This document shows, piece after piece, positions 12,372-25,735 of a stretch of DNA of 64,000 nt. Both the position numbers and the translations under genes were made by a program. Position 1 is the stretch's first letter. Each line of letters starts with the position of its first letter. Location of the stretch: contig MNCI01001919.1 in assembly GCA_015680685.1 (NCBI GenBank), forward strand, positions 342,079 to 406,078, in the 5' to 3' direction. Under the pieces are notes generated by a model. That model was given only the letters and a program-made list of their open reading frames with translations, did no database searches and was not told where the DNA came from. The DNA comes from Gnetum montanum (taxonomy: Eukaryota; Plantae; Gnetophyta).

Positions 12372-14451
12372 TAAAACACCATCAATTTTGGGCTCTCATG
12401 GCTCAGCATGAGATTTGCTCAAGGATGATGGGCTACATAGATCGCGTGGCACCCCAAAAGTCCAAACACCTACAAAGTTCTCTTTGAGCTTGTTTGCTAC
12501 ACTCTTCAGCACAGTCAACGTAGCACCTAGTTACAAAGGGGGCAGTGCAGGTGGACCATATAGTTTCCAAAATTTTGTATCTCTTGGGTTGTCCTAGTTG
12601 TCAGTCCACCTAAGTACCAGGCTAAGAGAAGTCAAAAGTATTCAGGATGTGCAATGGAAAATTTTCTATTTTTGACCTGTTATGCTACACTATGTTGCAT
12701 AGCATAGACAATGTAGCAGGCCATGCGGTGCTAAAACTTTTTCTAAGTGTTGAACCAAACATAGAAGATGCATTTGGGTAATTTTTTAACTTCCAAGTAT
12801 GCCTATCCTACTGCATCCTTGGAGTATGGTCAACGTGACATGGAAAAATCTAGCAAGTGGCATAAAAGTCATCCTATTTTAGGTGCTATGTTGCACAGCG
12901 TAGCATAGCGTAGCAGGGTGCCAACATTAACAAAATCCTCCTTCAAGTTATTTTGACATGGAAAATGCACTTCATCATTCTTTGATCTCCAAAGTTTCCT
13001 ATCCCACTTCACCCTCAAAACATGGCCAAGGTCCCATGGTAGAGCATTGTAGATTAAGTTAAAATTCATGCAAAATCAGGTGTTATGCTATGCTACACTA
13101 CATGGCATAGCACAACGTAGTAGAGATATCAAAGCTGAAAAGTGTACTAAAAATGAAACTGGAAGATCTCAAGCTCTTTTGACATGGAAAGCATGGTTGT
13201 CAATTGTTGAAGTTGCTTGTATTTTTGGGTCTTGAAATGATATTTTCAATTTCTGACAACATTCATTCACAAAGGGGGTGCTATGTTGTGCTATGCTATG
13301 TAGCGTAGCACAACGTAGCAAGCTAGTGTTCATGCTACTTTTCTATGCTAGATAGTGTAGACAACATAACACTTGAGAAGAAGTCTTAGAACCTCTCCAG
13401 AAATTCTAGAACTTGTCGTCAATAGTCATTTCTACTCCAGCATCCCCTCAATAGCCAAGATCAGTAGTTTGGTTTGTTTTTGCACCCCTTGTTGATCCCC
13501 AAAAGTTGACCCTATTCGAAAGAGAAGGGAAGATGTAGTCCCAGAGCATTGGCTCCAATTTGCATTTGTTATAGCCATCTTGTAAAAATGTGGCAATCTC
13601 AGATTTTGGCACATGTAGTCTGGGCAATGTGGACATAGTTGGACAGCTGTTCCTGCTCTTGCTCTTGTTCCATTTGGAATAGCATATTAATGTAGCACCA
13701 CACTTTGAGTGTAGCACACTGGCATGACACATCTACATTCATGCTACGTGGGACCCAAGACACGTGGCATCCAAACCACATCCCTTTCTCAATGCTAGGC
13801 TCTATAAATATCCCAGTAAATGACATTCTAAGGGTTGGCTTTTGTAGTTGGATTTGGTAGAAGATTGACAAGTAGAAGGTTGATGAGTGGAAAATCCCAA
13901 CATTAGAGCCTCTCAAATCTCTCTTCAACTCTAGTGTAGTAGCTCTCTATCTAGTAAGGATAAGCTCATTCATGCCTGCTAGCACCATGTCTATAGCATC
14001 CCAGAAGCTATGACCATATTGCTCCGTTGCCCAGCTTTATCTGTCCAATGCTACTCTCTAGTTTTAGACATCCATCATTCAATAAAAAGTCAAGTTTTCC
14101 AATCTCGGGGTGTTGCATTTTCTTACTCAAATTCTCATTTTACTTTTCTAAAGCATACATGTTGCACTATCTTGTATTTATTTGTGTTTATTGCCACTGT
14201 TATGTACATTGATATGCTTCTACTATTGTTCATGCTACGTTCTTACTTGTTTCAAATTCTACGTGTAACATGCTAAAAATATTGTTTGCAAATGGTAATT
14301 GAAAACCATGTAAATCCCTATCTAATCAACTAGACCATTCAGGGTGCCCCGTTTTCATTTTCTCTAGCACAACCCTCCTGTGAACTCGGGGTTAGATTGT
14401 GCACTTGATAACCTCTTAGTGTTCCAGCCACCAATGTTTTTGGATGCTATA
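12372..14451 (+). repeat. A LTR copy 1 (~2.08 kb)
   Basis: t(g/a)aaacacc...gcta(t/c)a termini, TATA ctataaata ~13802, homologous to 41118-43224. Confidence 0.9.
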
Positions 14452-14457
14452 GTTTTT

Positions 14458-14484
14458 TGGCATTAAAAGGAGGGCTTGAACCTC
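14458..14484 (+). promoter_or_regulatory. tRNA-Asn PBS (first copy) of A
   Basis: tggcattaaaaggagggcttgaacctc is a decayed complement of the plant tRNA-Asn(GTT) 3' end, the Tat1-type primer. Confidence 0.75.
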
Positions 14485-15039
14485 TTTTCTATCTATTATT
14501 GGTATTCTTACATGCTTTCTACACCCTCATCAATAGCAAAAAGCTAATGTAGACATAATGCCCTTGTGGACCTGCTATGGCAGTAGCTGGCTCTTAAGCT
14601 AACATAGGAGTGGTCCACGTTTATGTTGGTGTAGATCGGTCCCTATTGATGATTCCATTGGAACCCCCGTAGGATGAAAAGCCTAGCATTATCTAATGCA
14701 TTATGTTATTTTTGTTCCACATAGCATAGCATGAATAGTGTAACACCTACAACGTAACACTTTTCTCTAGCGTAGCAGTTCCCTCCAGTGTAGCATAATA
14801 GTATAAACTACTATTTTTGGTAGTTTCTTCAGACTTTCTCATCTTTGTCTATTTAGGTACATTAGCTCAAAGGTTACTATATTTCACCATTTTCCATTGA
14901 TTGCTGTATTATGCACCCCCTCTTTGCCACAATAAGAATGAATCCACAAAATACCTCCCTTGTCACTTTGGGCTTGGAAATAGCTCATGATGGATAGGTG
15001 ATACATCTTTCGAGATTTCTATATGGATAGGTGATACAC

Positions 15040-16952
15040 CTATCAAAATGCCTAAAAATTTCTCTCTGAGTCTATCTACTATGCTCTTTAGCACAATCAG
15101 CATAGCACCTAGTTACAAGGCTAGTTTGCATAAAGGGGGCACTGCGGGTGGACCATACAATTTGCTAAATTTTGTATCTATTAGGCTGTCCCAGTCGTCG
15201 ATCCACCCAAATACCAGGCTAAGAGTAGTCAAACATGTTTAGGATGTGCAAAATAGTTTAGGAAATTTTCTATTTTTGACCTATTACGCCATGCTATGCT
15301 ACACAGCGTAGCAGGCCATGCGGTGCTGAAACGTTTTCTAAGTGTTGAACCAAAAATAGAAGATGCATTTGGATAATTTTTTGACTTCCAAGGATGCCTG
15401 TCTTGCTACTTCCTTGGAGTATGGTTAGCGTGACATGGAAAAATCTAGCAAGTGGAACCAAAGTCATCCTATTTTGGATGATATGCTATGCTACGCTGCA
15501 CAACATAGCATAGCGTAGTAGGGTGCCAACATTAACAAAATCCTCCCTCAAGTTATTTTGACATGGAAAATGCACTTCACTATTCTTTGACCTCTAAAGC
15601 TACCTATCCCACTTCACCCTTAGAACATGGCCAAGGTCCCATGGCTGAGCATTGCAGATTAAGTCAAAATTCATGCAAAATCGGGTGTTACGCTGTGCTA
15701 TGCTACACAACGTAGCAGAGATATCAAAGCTGAAAAGTGTCCTAAGAATGAAACTGGGAGATCTCAAGCTCTTTTGACGTGGAAAGCATGGTTGCTAATT
15801 GTTGAAGTTGCTTGTCTTTCTGGGTCTTGAAATGATATTTTTAGTTTTTGACAACATTGATTTGCAAAGTGGGTGCTATGCTATGGTACGCTGTATAGCG
15901 TAGCACAACATAGCAAGCCAGTGTTCATACTACTTTTCTATGCTGGACAATGTAGACAACGTAAAACTTGAGAAGAAGCCTTAGGACCTCTCTAGAAATT
16001 CTAGAACTCATCATCAATGGTAATTTCTACTCCAGCATCCCCTCAATAGCCAAGATTAGCAATTTGCTTAATTTTTGCACCCCTTGTTAATCCCTAAAAG
16101 TTGTCCCTATACTTAACCCTACTTGAAAGAGAAGGGAAGACGTAGTCCCAGAGCATAGGCTCCAATTTGCATTTGTTCTAGAAACTCTTGTAAAAATGTG
16201 GTAGTCTCAAATTTTGGCACATGCAGTCTGTGTAATGTGGTCATAGTTGGACAACTGTTCCTACTCTCACTCTTGTTCCATTCAAAATAGCATATCAGCA
16301 TAGCACCATACTTTGAGCATAGCACACCAGCATGACACATCCACATTCATGCTATGTGGGACCTAGGACATGTGGTGTCCAAACCACATCTCTTTCTCAA
16401 CTTTGGGCTCTATAAATAGGCCAGTAAATGACATTCTAAGGATTGGCTTTTGCAATTGGCTTTGGTAGAAGATTGGCAAGTAGAAGGTAGATAGGCGGCA
16501 AATCCCAGCATTCCAAATCTCTCTTCAACTCCAGCGTAGCAACTCTTCATCCAGCAAGCATCAGCTCATTCATGCCTGCTTACACCACATCTGTAGCATC
16601 CTAGAAATTGTGCTCATATTACTCTGTTGCCCAGCTGTGTTTGTCCAACGCTGCTCTCCAGTTATACACATCCATCATCCAGCTGTGTTTATTACTACTA
16701 TTATGTACATTGATACGCTTCTACTATTGTGCATGCTATGTTCTTACTTGTTTTTGCTTTTACATGTAACATGCTAAAAATATTGTTTTCAAATGTTAAT
16801 TGAACACCACGTAAGTCCTTGTCTAATCGACCAAACCATTCAAGATGCCTCATATCTATTTTTTCTAGCATGATCCTCCCATGGACTCGGGGTTAGATTG
16901 TGTGCCTGATAACCTCTCGGTGTTCCAGCCACTAACATTTTTAGATGCTACA
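15040..16952 (+). repeat. A LTR copy 2 (5'-truncated by ~75 bp)
   Basis: Collinear with 12450-14451 and followed by a PBS. Confidence 0.88.
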
Positions 16953-16958
16953 AGTTTT

Positions 16959-16987
16959 TGGTGTTAGAAGGAGGGTTTGAACCTCCG
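16959..16987 (+). promoter_or_regulatory. tRNA-Asn PBS (second copy) of A
   Basis: tggtgttagaaggagggtttgaacctccg immediately after the LTR. Confidence 0.8.
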
Positions 16988-17499
16988 TTCTATCTATAAT
17001 GGGTAGTCCTACATGCTTTCTACACTCTCATCAGTAGCAACAAGCTAACATAAACATAACACCCCTATGGACCTACTATGGTAGTAGCTAGCTCTTAGGC
17101 TAGGGCAGGAGTGGTCCACATCTGTGTCGGTGTAGATCAGTCCCTGTTGACGGTTCCACTGGAACCCTTGTAGGATGAAAATCCTAGCATTTTCTACTGT
17201 GTTACATTATTTTTGTTTTGTGTAGCGTAGCATGAATAGTGTAACACCTATAACGTAACACTTTTCTCCAGCATAGCAGTTCCCTCCAGTGTAGCATAAC
17301 AATGTAAACTACTATTTTTGGTAGTTTCTTTAGACTTTCTCATCTTTGGCTATTTAGGCACGTTAGCTTAAAGGTTACTATATTTTACCATTTTCCATTG
17401 ATTGCTATATTGTGTACACCCTCTCTAACACAAAAAGAATGAGTCCACCAAATACCATGCCTGCGACTTTGGGCTTAGAAATAGCTCATCCCCTACAAT

Positions 17500-19653
17500 G
17501 TGGGATTGATCACGAGCAATCACTTAGCCCAATACAAATACCATGGTAGTCTCTTCGGCTGCAACATCAATCACCTAAATGTATGCCTTGTGATGAAGAG
17601 CAATACAACTTATTATGTGCAAAATTCCAAGGAAACCTACCATTAGATTGTCACAAATTCGAGGAAAAGTGTAATTTTGAAATTATCCATTGGAATGAAA
17701 GGGAGTTCCTTCCTACTCCTGAGACCACCATCTCGCTCACTAAAACATTTTACTGGCTTTTAAAGCAACTTGTACAATTGGGTAGGTCAAGAAAATGAGA
17801 CACCATGTCTCACTATGATGAGCCCCTTCATGATGGCCAAGAGGGGTTAGAATCCCACTCTGAGGGTGGTGGCCCCATCTATACCACAACTCCTTAGTCT
17901 ACTTCCATCTTTAGTTCACACCAGTCACAATATTCCACTTCTTTTGTGACTGCCATGACACTACCACATTCCAAACCCTTCATGGTGATGGGTATTCATT
18001 AACTGTTATCATCACAATAGCATGTAGGGCCTTTGACCTCATTCCCCTTTATCATTCCTTCTCAGTCCATTCAAGTTGCACATTCAATGTCTGTGACACC
18101 TACACTACCCTATGTGCATACCATGCCCACATCACAACCGTATATAAGTGCCACTTCTATTACCTCTTCTATAACCATTTCATCATCAGTAGCAAGCCCC
18201 ACCTCAACTGCATGGTAGCTAGCAACATCTTTTCCTATAGTTCAAGCATCTTAGATACCACAATATGTGTAGCCCCACATGTATCAAGCATCACACATGG
18301 TGCAATCAACCACGGGGCTGTGGGATACCCTAGCAACTGGACATGTAACCGTTTCCATGACACCACCAATGGTAGCTACTCTAGTAGCACCACCCACTGG
18401 GCTATGGGCCACTTAGGCAGCCCCATTAGTGGGAGTTGCTCCCACATCACCTCTGATGGGACTGGTTGCTGCACTAGCAACACCTCCAATGATGGCTACT
18501 CTAGCAGCTCCACAAGTAGTCTAGTTCATGCAACCTCTTCTAACACCTCCAGGACTAGACCAAGCCTTTCAGCTTATCTAGATCCTCATGGATGAAGTTA
18601 ATTAGCTTAAAGCTACTGGTTCTGAAATGGTCCAAGTAATGGACTTTTACCACGATGACCCAATAAGCCCAGTCATTCCTCTACTTATATTGCCCCCTAG
18701 GGTGGAACTTTCCCAGTTTACAAAATACAACAAAGAGGACAATCCAAATGCCCACCTGGTTACCTTCAGATCTGAATCCTTGTTATTACAATCATGGCCA
18801 CATGCCATCATTCATGTTTTTGCAATGTCATTAACTAGAAAGGCTTTGGATTGGTATCACATGCTTCCTCATGCATCAATTTCAACATTAAAAGATTTTT
18901 TGAGTCAATTTGTGACTCGCTTCAAGTATAACTTGAAGCCAGAAGTTACCCTAGATCAACTTATGAATGTTAAGCAAGAACCATTAGAACCCATTCAAAA
19001 ATTTATACAACATTGGAGCACTACTCTAAATGAAATCCATGAACCGATTGCCAAATCCCACTTACTTGCAATCTTTAAAGGGGTTGTAAATGATTTTATC
19101 AAATCTAACCTATATTACCTAGTGCTATGTTCCCTTAGTCAAGCTTTTGTGCAAACAAAAAGTATACAAGACACAATAGAAGCAAGTAAAGACCTGGGTT
19201 AAATAACTTACAAAAATGCATACGCGAAGAAAGAGAAAGAAAAGGGAAAGGCCATTGTGGCCACTGTGGCCAATGAAACTAAGCGCAACAACAAACAACC
19301 TACCAAAGTGCCTAAAACCACAACCACCAGTAGCAAAGCATCAAGCTCTTGAAACATGGGGGTTAGCGAACCTGCAACGTCAACAGCCATGACACAAACT
19401 ATGCCAAGGCCAAATTTTGAGTGTAAGGATTGCTTGAAATATACTCCATTTCCAATTAAGTTATCAGAGCTATTGGACGAACTCCTGAATGTTGGACACA
19501 TTTAGTTTAAGCAAATGTTAGCAGAGGCCCATAAGGGGCACAAGAGATATTATGAAATCCCCCTCTATAGCCACACTTAACGAGCCTCTTGTGCCTAAAA
19601 ATTTTAGGCTTAAATGATTTTACAACTACCACCAATTGTGTGGTCATGATACC
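17500..19653 (+). pseudogene. gag: gag of A, 5' part (interrupted by B in the zinc knuckle)
   Basis: ORFs 17583-17798 and 18627-19202 (FTKYNKEDNPNAHL...ALDWYHMLPHASIST, retrotrans_gag-like) and the remnant YHQLCGHDT. Confidence 0.85.
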
Positions 19654-21189
19654 TGAAACACCATGAAAATTTTGAGGCCTCAATGGTTCAGTAAAATCTT
19701 GCGATTTAGGCAAGGATTTGCAACAAGTCATGGCTCAGCAAGTTCCCTTCTCGGCTAAGGGTCTGTTATGCCACACTATGTAGCGCAGCGTAATAGACTC
19801 CAGAGGATAGAACAAGATAAGGGGTATACAATGGGAAGCCTTCAACTTTGCAAGTTAGCTATGTTTCAAAAATTTTAACTTTTAATGTATTACGCTGCAT
19901 TATGCAATGCAACGTAATGTAGCATAATGCAGTGTAATGCAAGAAGACAATCCATCTAGTCACAACAACGGAGATAGTAAAATTTGAGACCTCGATGGTC
20001 CAGCAAAATCTCAAGGCTTAAGCAAGGATCTGCAACATGTCGCACATCTCAGCAAGTTTTCCTTTTTTTGGCTAAGGGCCTATTACGCTACATTATGTAG
20101 TGTAGTGTAATAAACCCCAGAAAGATTGAACAGAAACAAGGGAAGCGCGGCGACAACACTTCAATTTTTTGCAGGTTCGCTATCTTACGCTGAATTACGC
20201 TATGCAGCTTAATGTAGCATGATGTAGTGTAATACAAGCAACAACAGAGATAACAAAATCTAGGCATCAAGAGTTCATATGTCACAATACACTCTCTAGC
20301 ATATTACAGCATAACCATAGAATAGTTTGTTACCAAAGCTCTAGCAAAGGTAGATTACAACACATTACGCTTCAGAGCCTAACGTAGCGTAGTGCCACAA
20401 GCTTCAAATACAAATGCATCAAGTCAACAACATTTTGTAGGTTCAGGACACACATCATCTAAACCGCATTTTTATCCTAACCCTAACCTTATAAATACTC
20501 CAGTTGACAAGGATCAAAGGGTTGGCAAATTTTTTTTCTCGATTGGCAAATTTTCTCTATGAGAAATTTTCTTTCATTGGCAATTATTGACAACTTTTGG
20601 CAAAGATTGACAAGAGAACAAAAGAAGATCAGCGATCGTAAGAGCATCGAAGGTGATTGGCAAGAATCTTTGATCAAAAATAGCTAGTTAGTGGATATTC
20701 TACTTCGGGTCTGACTCCCTTGCCCCCAGATTGGCTAGAACAAGGTAGATTGACCTTTTGCTTGTTTTATCTTTAAATAGATTTCCTGTTCTTGGCACAT
20801 GCTTCTTCTAAACCGAAGTTTTCCTGTAATCATTGTATCCAACATATTTTGTTTATAAGCTAAATCCTAGATCTCGAGATTGCACACTCTCTAAATCTAA
20901 TTTCTTGCATCCTATCTATATAGATTTTGCAATCACTTTGAATCGTTTACATCACTCTCAATTACCTTCAAAATTAACGATATTATATCTCCTCATTGAA
21001 ATCACCATTTTTCCATCTGGTTATTACAAAATTTTACTAATTAGGTAAGCCCCTATCTGATCGACAAGACCATTTAGGGCATCTCAGATTCGTCTTCTCC
21101 AGCATGGCCCTTGCACGGATCCAGGGTTGGAACTGTGTACATGAAACTCCGCTCGGTATTTCCAGTGACCAACGTTTTCCATCGTTACA
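19654..21189 (+). repeat. 5' LTR of B
   Basis: tgaaacacc...gttaca, TATA cttataaata ~20488, matches 37492-39026. Confidence 0.93.
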
Positions 21190-21195
21190 TTTTTC

Positions 21196-21212
21196 TGGCA
21201 CTAGAAGAAGGG
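21196..21212 (+). promoter_or_regulatory. tRNA-Asn PBS of B
   Basis: tggcactagaagaaggg after the LTR end. Confidence 0.8.
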
Positions 21213-21444
21213 CCTAAACCTTTGATCCACATTTTACAAGTAGTTCTGTAAGCTGTCTATACCCATTATCTATCGACGTAAACGTAATACTTCCATGGTT
21301 GTTTACGAGATTGTGTGGTGTAGATTGGTCGCTTCGACGATTCCTTTGGAATCCTGCAGGGTAGAAAGCCCGATCATTGCCTTAGTGTGCCTTTGACCTT
21401 ATGATCTTTATCCTTGTCATCATTACTATTGAACCATGTAGATA

Positions 21445-24400
21445 ATGGTTACATCAACCACTGCTGTTGACACTGCTAACCTCAAGAATCATTGGACTCT
21501 GCAAGTCACCTCTCCTGTGGTCGAGCCGCCAACTAGTCTGGTGTGACCACCCCACTTCCTTAGGCTTCAAAACAAAGAGCCTAAGAGGCATGATCAGTGC
21601 AAGGAACATTAAAATTTCCTCTATGCTAAACTTGCAGCAAATCTACCCATGTATCCATAAGAACTAGAAGAGAAACGAGAATACGAGTTCACATACTGCA
21701 ATGGGAAGGAATTTATTCCTTTGTCAAATGCCACAGTACCCATGAAAAATCAACTATAGTGGATCCTAGATCAAATGCTGATGGTTAGGACATCGATAGA
21801 ATAATGAGAGGAGTTGTTCCATGATGAAGCACTTCATGACGGGTAGGACGATCTAGATTCCCACTCTGAGGGAGGTAGTCATGCTGATTTGGCTATGGCC
21901 CCCCCCTCCATGACGTCTTGTGTAAATCCGTTATTCATGGTCACCACGCCCTTAACATTATCTAATACTAATCGAGTCTCACACTCACCCCAGCTACATT
22001 TTCTATCTCCGACTACCCTCTAGGGTGGTGTCTCATCACAAATCATTCCTTAGCAGGTGTAGTTAGCTAATCCATCTCATCGTACACCTACGCCCATGTC
22101 ATCGTATGTACACGCGATACCTACTTCGTAGTTACATACAACACCTACATTCATCCCGACTCACATGATAGGGTCTACCACTACAGCATGGTGGGTTCCA
22201 AACATGTCTCTCGTTGCGCATCCTACACAGATGTCCCATCTCCCCCATCATCAAAACCAGGTTCCGCAGGCGCTAAACCCCACTACAGGGTCATTGTTTG
22301 TGCCCCTAGCCATGCAAACAACATATTCAATGGCACAACTGATGGAGGTTGCCCCATCCGTGCCACCTACCAGGTGGTGGATGCCACAAGCAGCATTGCC
22401 TACAGGGACAATTCCAATAGCATTGCCCATCATCCAAGTTGCCGCCCCTATTCTGCCACCCAGCGTGGCTCCTCTTGCCATTCCACAAACGACCTCTTCA
22501 TCTACGAGTCTAGATCAAGCCTTCTAGCTTATTCAGACCCTTACTGAGGAAGTTAAACACCTCAAGGCTGTTGGTTTTGACACAGTACAAGTCATGGATT
22601 TTTACCATTATGATCCTATTAGTTCGGTAGTGCCTATTTTATCGTTACCTCCTAGGATGCTACTCCCCCATTTTAAAAAATACAATGGGGAAGGTGATCC
22701 CAATGTGCCTTTAATTACTTTCAGGTCAGAGTTGTTGTTATTGCAACAATGGCCACATACTATCATCTGTATCTTTGCTATGTCCCTAATTGGTAAAGCT
22801 TTAGACTAGTATCAAGCACTCCCACGTGCTTCCATTTCAACTTTGGAAGAGCTATTAACTCAGTTCATGACTCGTTTCAAGTACAAATTGAAACTAGAAG
22901 TCATGCTAGATTAGCTCATGGAAGTTAAGCAAGACCCACTCAAGTCGGTTCAAAAGTTTATACAACGGTGGAGTGCCACCTTGAATGAAATCCATGAACC
23001 CATCGCGGAGGCCCATCTGTTGGAAATCTTCAAGGGGGTAGTTAACGACTTTATCAAGTCTAAGTTATATTACCTCGCTCCCTGCTCCCTTAGGCAAGCC
23101 TTTGTTTAAACTAAGAGCATCCAAGATGCAGCAGAGGCTAGCAAGGATCCAGCATATGTGGTCTACAAAAATGCCCACAGCAAGGGTAAAGATAAAGGTA
23201 AAGCTACAACAATGATAGTAGCAGCAGTTGCTGAGGGGGCCAAGAAGAAAAACAACAATAAGAAAATATTTGTAGAGCCTGCTGAGCCCACAACTAGCTC
23301 AAATAGTGCTGATCAAGAAACTCCTTCTGCCCCTGAAGCACCTCTGCAACCAAAGCCTATTTTTGAGTGTAAAGACTGTTCAAAATACGAGGCTCTACCT
23401 ATAAAGCCTTCAGAACTTCTGAAGCAATTGCTAGGAATTGGCCACATCCAACATAAGAAGGTATCCAAGGAGGGTCTGAAGAGCCACAAACAACATTGTG
23501 AGCTGCTCAAGAATCCCTCCTTGGCTCTGCTGAATGAACCCCCAATCCCAAAAAACTTTAGGCTGGACCACCTCTGTGACTATCACCAGCTGTGTGATCA
23601 TGACACGGATTACTGCTAGGCATTAAAAGATGACATTGAATGCATGATCGATCAAGGTAGACTGATCTTAGATAGCAATAGTTTGGTCCATCCCAAAAAC
23701 CAATCCATGCATGTGTACCAAGACCCGTTAAATGCTAATAACGCAGGGTACACTATCAATGTGGTAGGTACAGAAGGTGATGATCAGGCATAGCCAAAGT
23801 AGCCCTTTTTCTTGCATGTACCTCCTGGCTCATCTCAAGTGACAAGTGTGTCGACATCGACGGGCGTGGTTCAGTGAAAACCTTTTATCCTTCGAGTCCC
23901 ATCTCCTATCATCGCTCCACAGCCTACTATTGGTAAAGCCGTGGCTTAGCCCGCATCCACACCTAAGGCATCCTTTGTCATCAGGGTGCCAAAGCCATCA
24001 GTTGTTCCTGTTATGCAGGGGCAACCATTTAAGTCAACGCCCCAATCACAACCTAATAGGAAAAGAGAAGGGCACATGACATCTGACACAGCCAAGGATC
24101 GTCTTATGTTGGGATTCCCTAGACCTACACCCCTCGCCTTGGTGGCCTTGGCCCCACCTTCTTCTAAAAATGATGACATTACGCAAACGCGGCCACCTTC
24201 TCCCTACCCAAGAAAATACAATCCTCAACCAGAAACTATTCCACTCTGAGAGATCCATCTCCTAGGATGAATGGAAGAAGAAAAGGGCAACAAACAACCA
24301 GATCATGTGCATGATCTCCTTAACACTTTTACGCAAGTCAAGTAGGCTCTCAAACAGAAAAATACAATGTTGAGCCTGTACGACTTGTTGATGACATCCC

Positions 24401-25206
24401 AAAAGCATCGCGAAGCCATGGTTCATGTGCTAACGTCCATACCAGTGGACGAAAACTTGCCAGCAGATGAAGAAGCAATCCATTAGATTATGCTTCGTCA
24501 CACTGCTAAATAACTATGATCCCCCCAACTGATATTTCATGATGAATCCATTAAGGATGACCCAGAAAAGGGTTAGGTGACAACATCACCCATGTTCATT
24601 ACTATCCAGGTCGGCTAGTACAAAATTCAGAGAGTACACGTAGATGACGGGGCCACTGCTAATGTCATTCCATTCCCTATAGTGGACAAACTGGGTTTGC
24701 TCGACTAGATCAATCCCACGATGACATCATGTTTGAAGTCATTTAACTGGGCAAGAGTGCAAGTTAAGGGAATGGTACACATCAAGTTTGTAGCAGGGGA
24801 TTAATTCCCCACAAATGCAGTGTTCATCGTTGTCGAGGAGATGCCTGACTTCAACCTAATCTTAGGGAGGTCTTGGTTAGCTCAATTAAGGGTAGTCTCA
24901 TCACCCATTCATCAAGAGATCCACTTTCCCTATGTAGGAGGGGAAGTGATCATCCATGGTGATAAGATGACCCCTCAAGCGGTTAACAACGTAGAAATGG
25001 AACAAGGGTTAGAGGTTGAAGTCCCCAAAGATTAAACCCCTATCCCAACAGTTGAACATGCCGACACAGTAGCTAATGAAAGCTTGACTTGGGCTGAACT
25101 ACCCTTCCAGAGAGAAGATGGTAGCGTAGAGGAATGCTATAATAAGCCTCCTCACCCATACGCATCGCCAAACCTAAAAATGATCAAGAAACAGCTACAG
25201 AGCTAG
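21445..25206 (+). pseudogene. gag-pro: gag-protease ORF of B
   Basis: Gag core (FKKYNGEGDPNVPL), zinc knuckle CDYHQLCDHDTDYC, protease RVHVDDGATANVIP and FNLILGRSWL. Ends ...MIKKQLQS* at 25206. In-frame stops are mostly consistent with C>T decay. Confidence 0.88.
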
Positions 25207-25309
25207 CAAATGAAGATGTTAACATGACATGTTGTATCAGTCCACATTGTTTACTATTATGCAATTTACACTCTTTCTTGTGTCGCATTGTTCCTGTTAT
25301 GCATATGGT

Positions 25310-25735
25310 AGTTTGGCCCGAAAATGGCCTTAAACTATTTACGGCCCACCACGACCTAAAATTGGCAACTTGGTTTTTATTTATTTTATCCTTTTATGCT
25401 TACGATGACTGGCCCAGAATGGCTTTAAACTATTTATAGCCTACTACGACCTAAAACTGGAAATTTTGCTTTTTGTTTTTTTTTCTTTATGCTTACGATG
25501 GCTTGGCTTGAAATGGCCTTAAACTAGTTGCGGCCTGCTACGGCCTAAAACTGGCAAATGTAATTTACCCCTTTATGCTTATGATGATTTGGCCTGAAAT
25601 AGCCTTAAACTATTTATGGCTTGCCATAGCCTAAAACTAGCAACTCGGTTTTAATTTATTTTATCCTTTTATGCTTACGATGGATTGGCCCGAAATGGCC
25701 TTAAACTATTAACAGCCCGTAGTGGCCTAAAACAA
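25310..25735. repeat. Degenerate ~115-120-bp tandem repeat after the gag-PR stop of B
   Basis: About 5 copies of atggccttaaactatt...acgacctaaaactggcaa...ttatgcttacgatg. Confidence 0.85.

Noticed and set aside
12415-16346. Short ORFs recurring in LTR copies (also 41456-42766, 20088-21048 and 61056-62084)
   Set aside because: They recur only because the LTRs are repeated. Frames and stops are not conserved and no domain is recognisable.
16959-16987. tRNA gene fragments (also 807-824 and 60986-61002)
   Set aside because: Only 3'-end complements including CCA, located beside LTR ends, so they are PBSs and not tRNA genes.
17583-17798. Ogre-like separate ORF upstream of gag
   Set aside because: It is in frame with downstream gag in A and B. 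The intervening TGA/TAA stops are explicable as CGA/CAA deamination, so it is treated as the Gag N-terminus.
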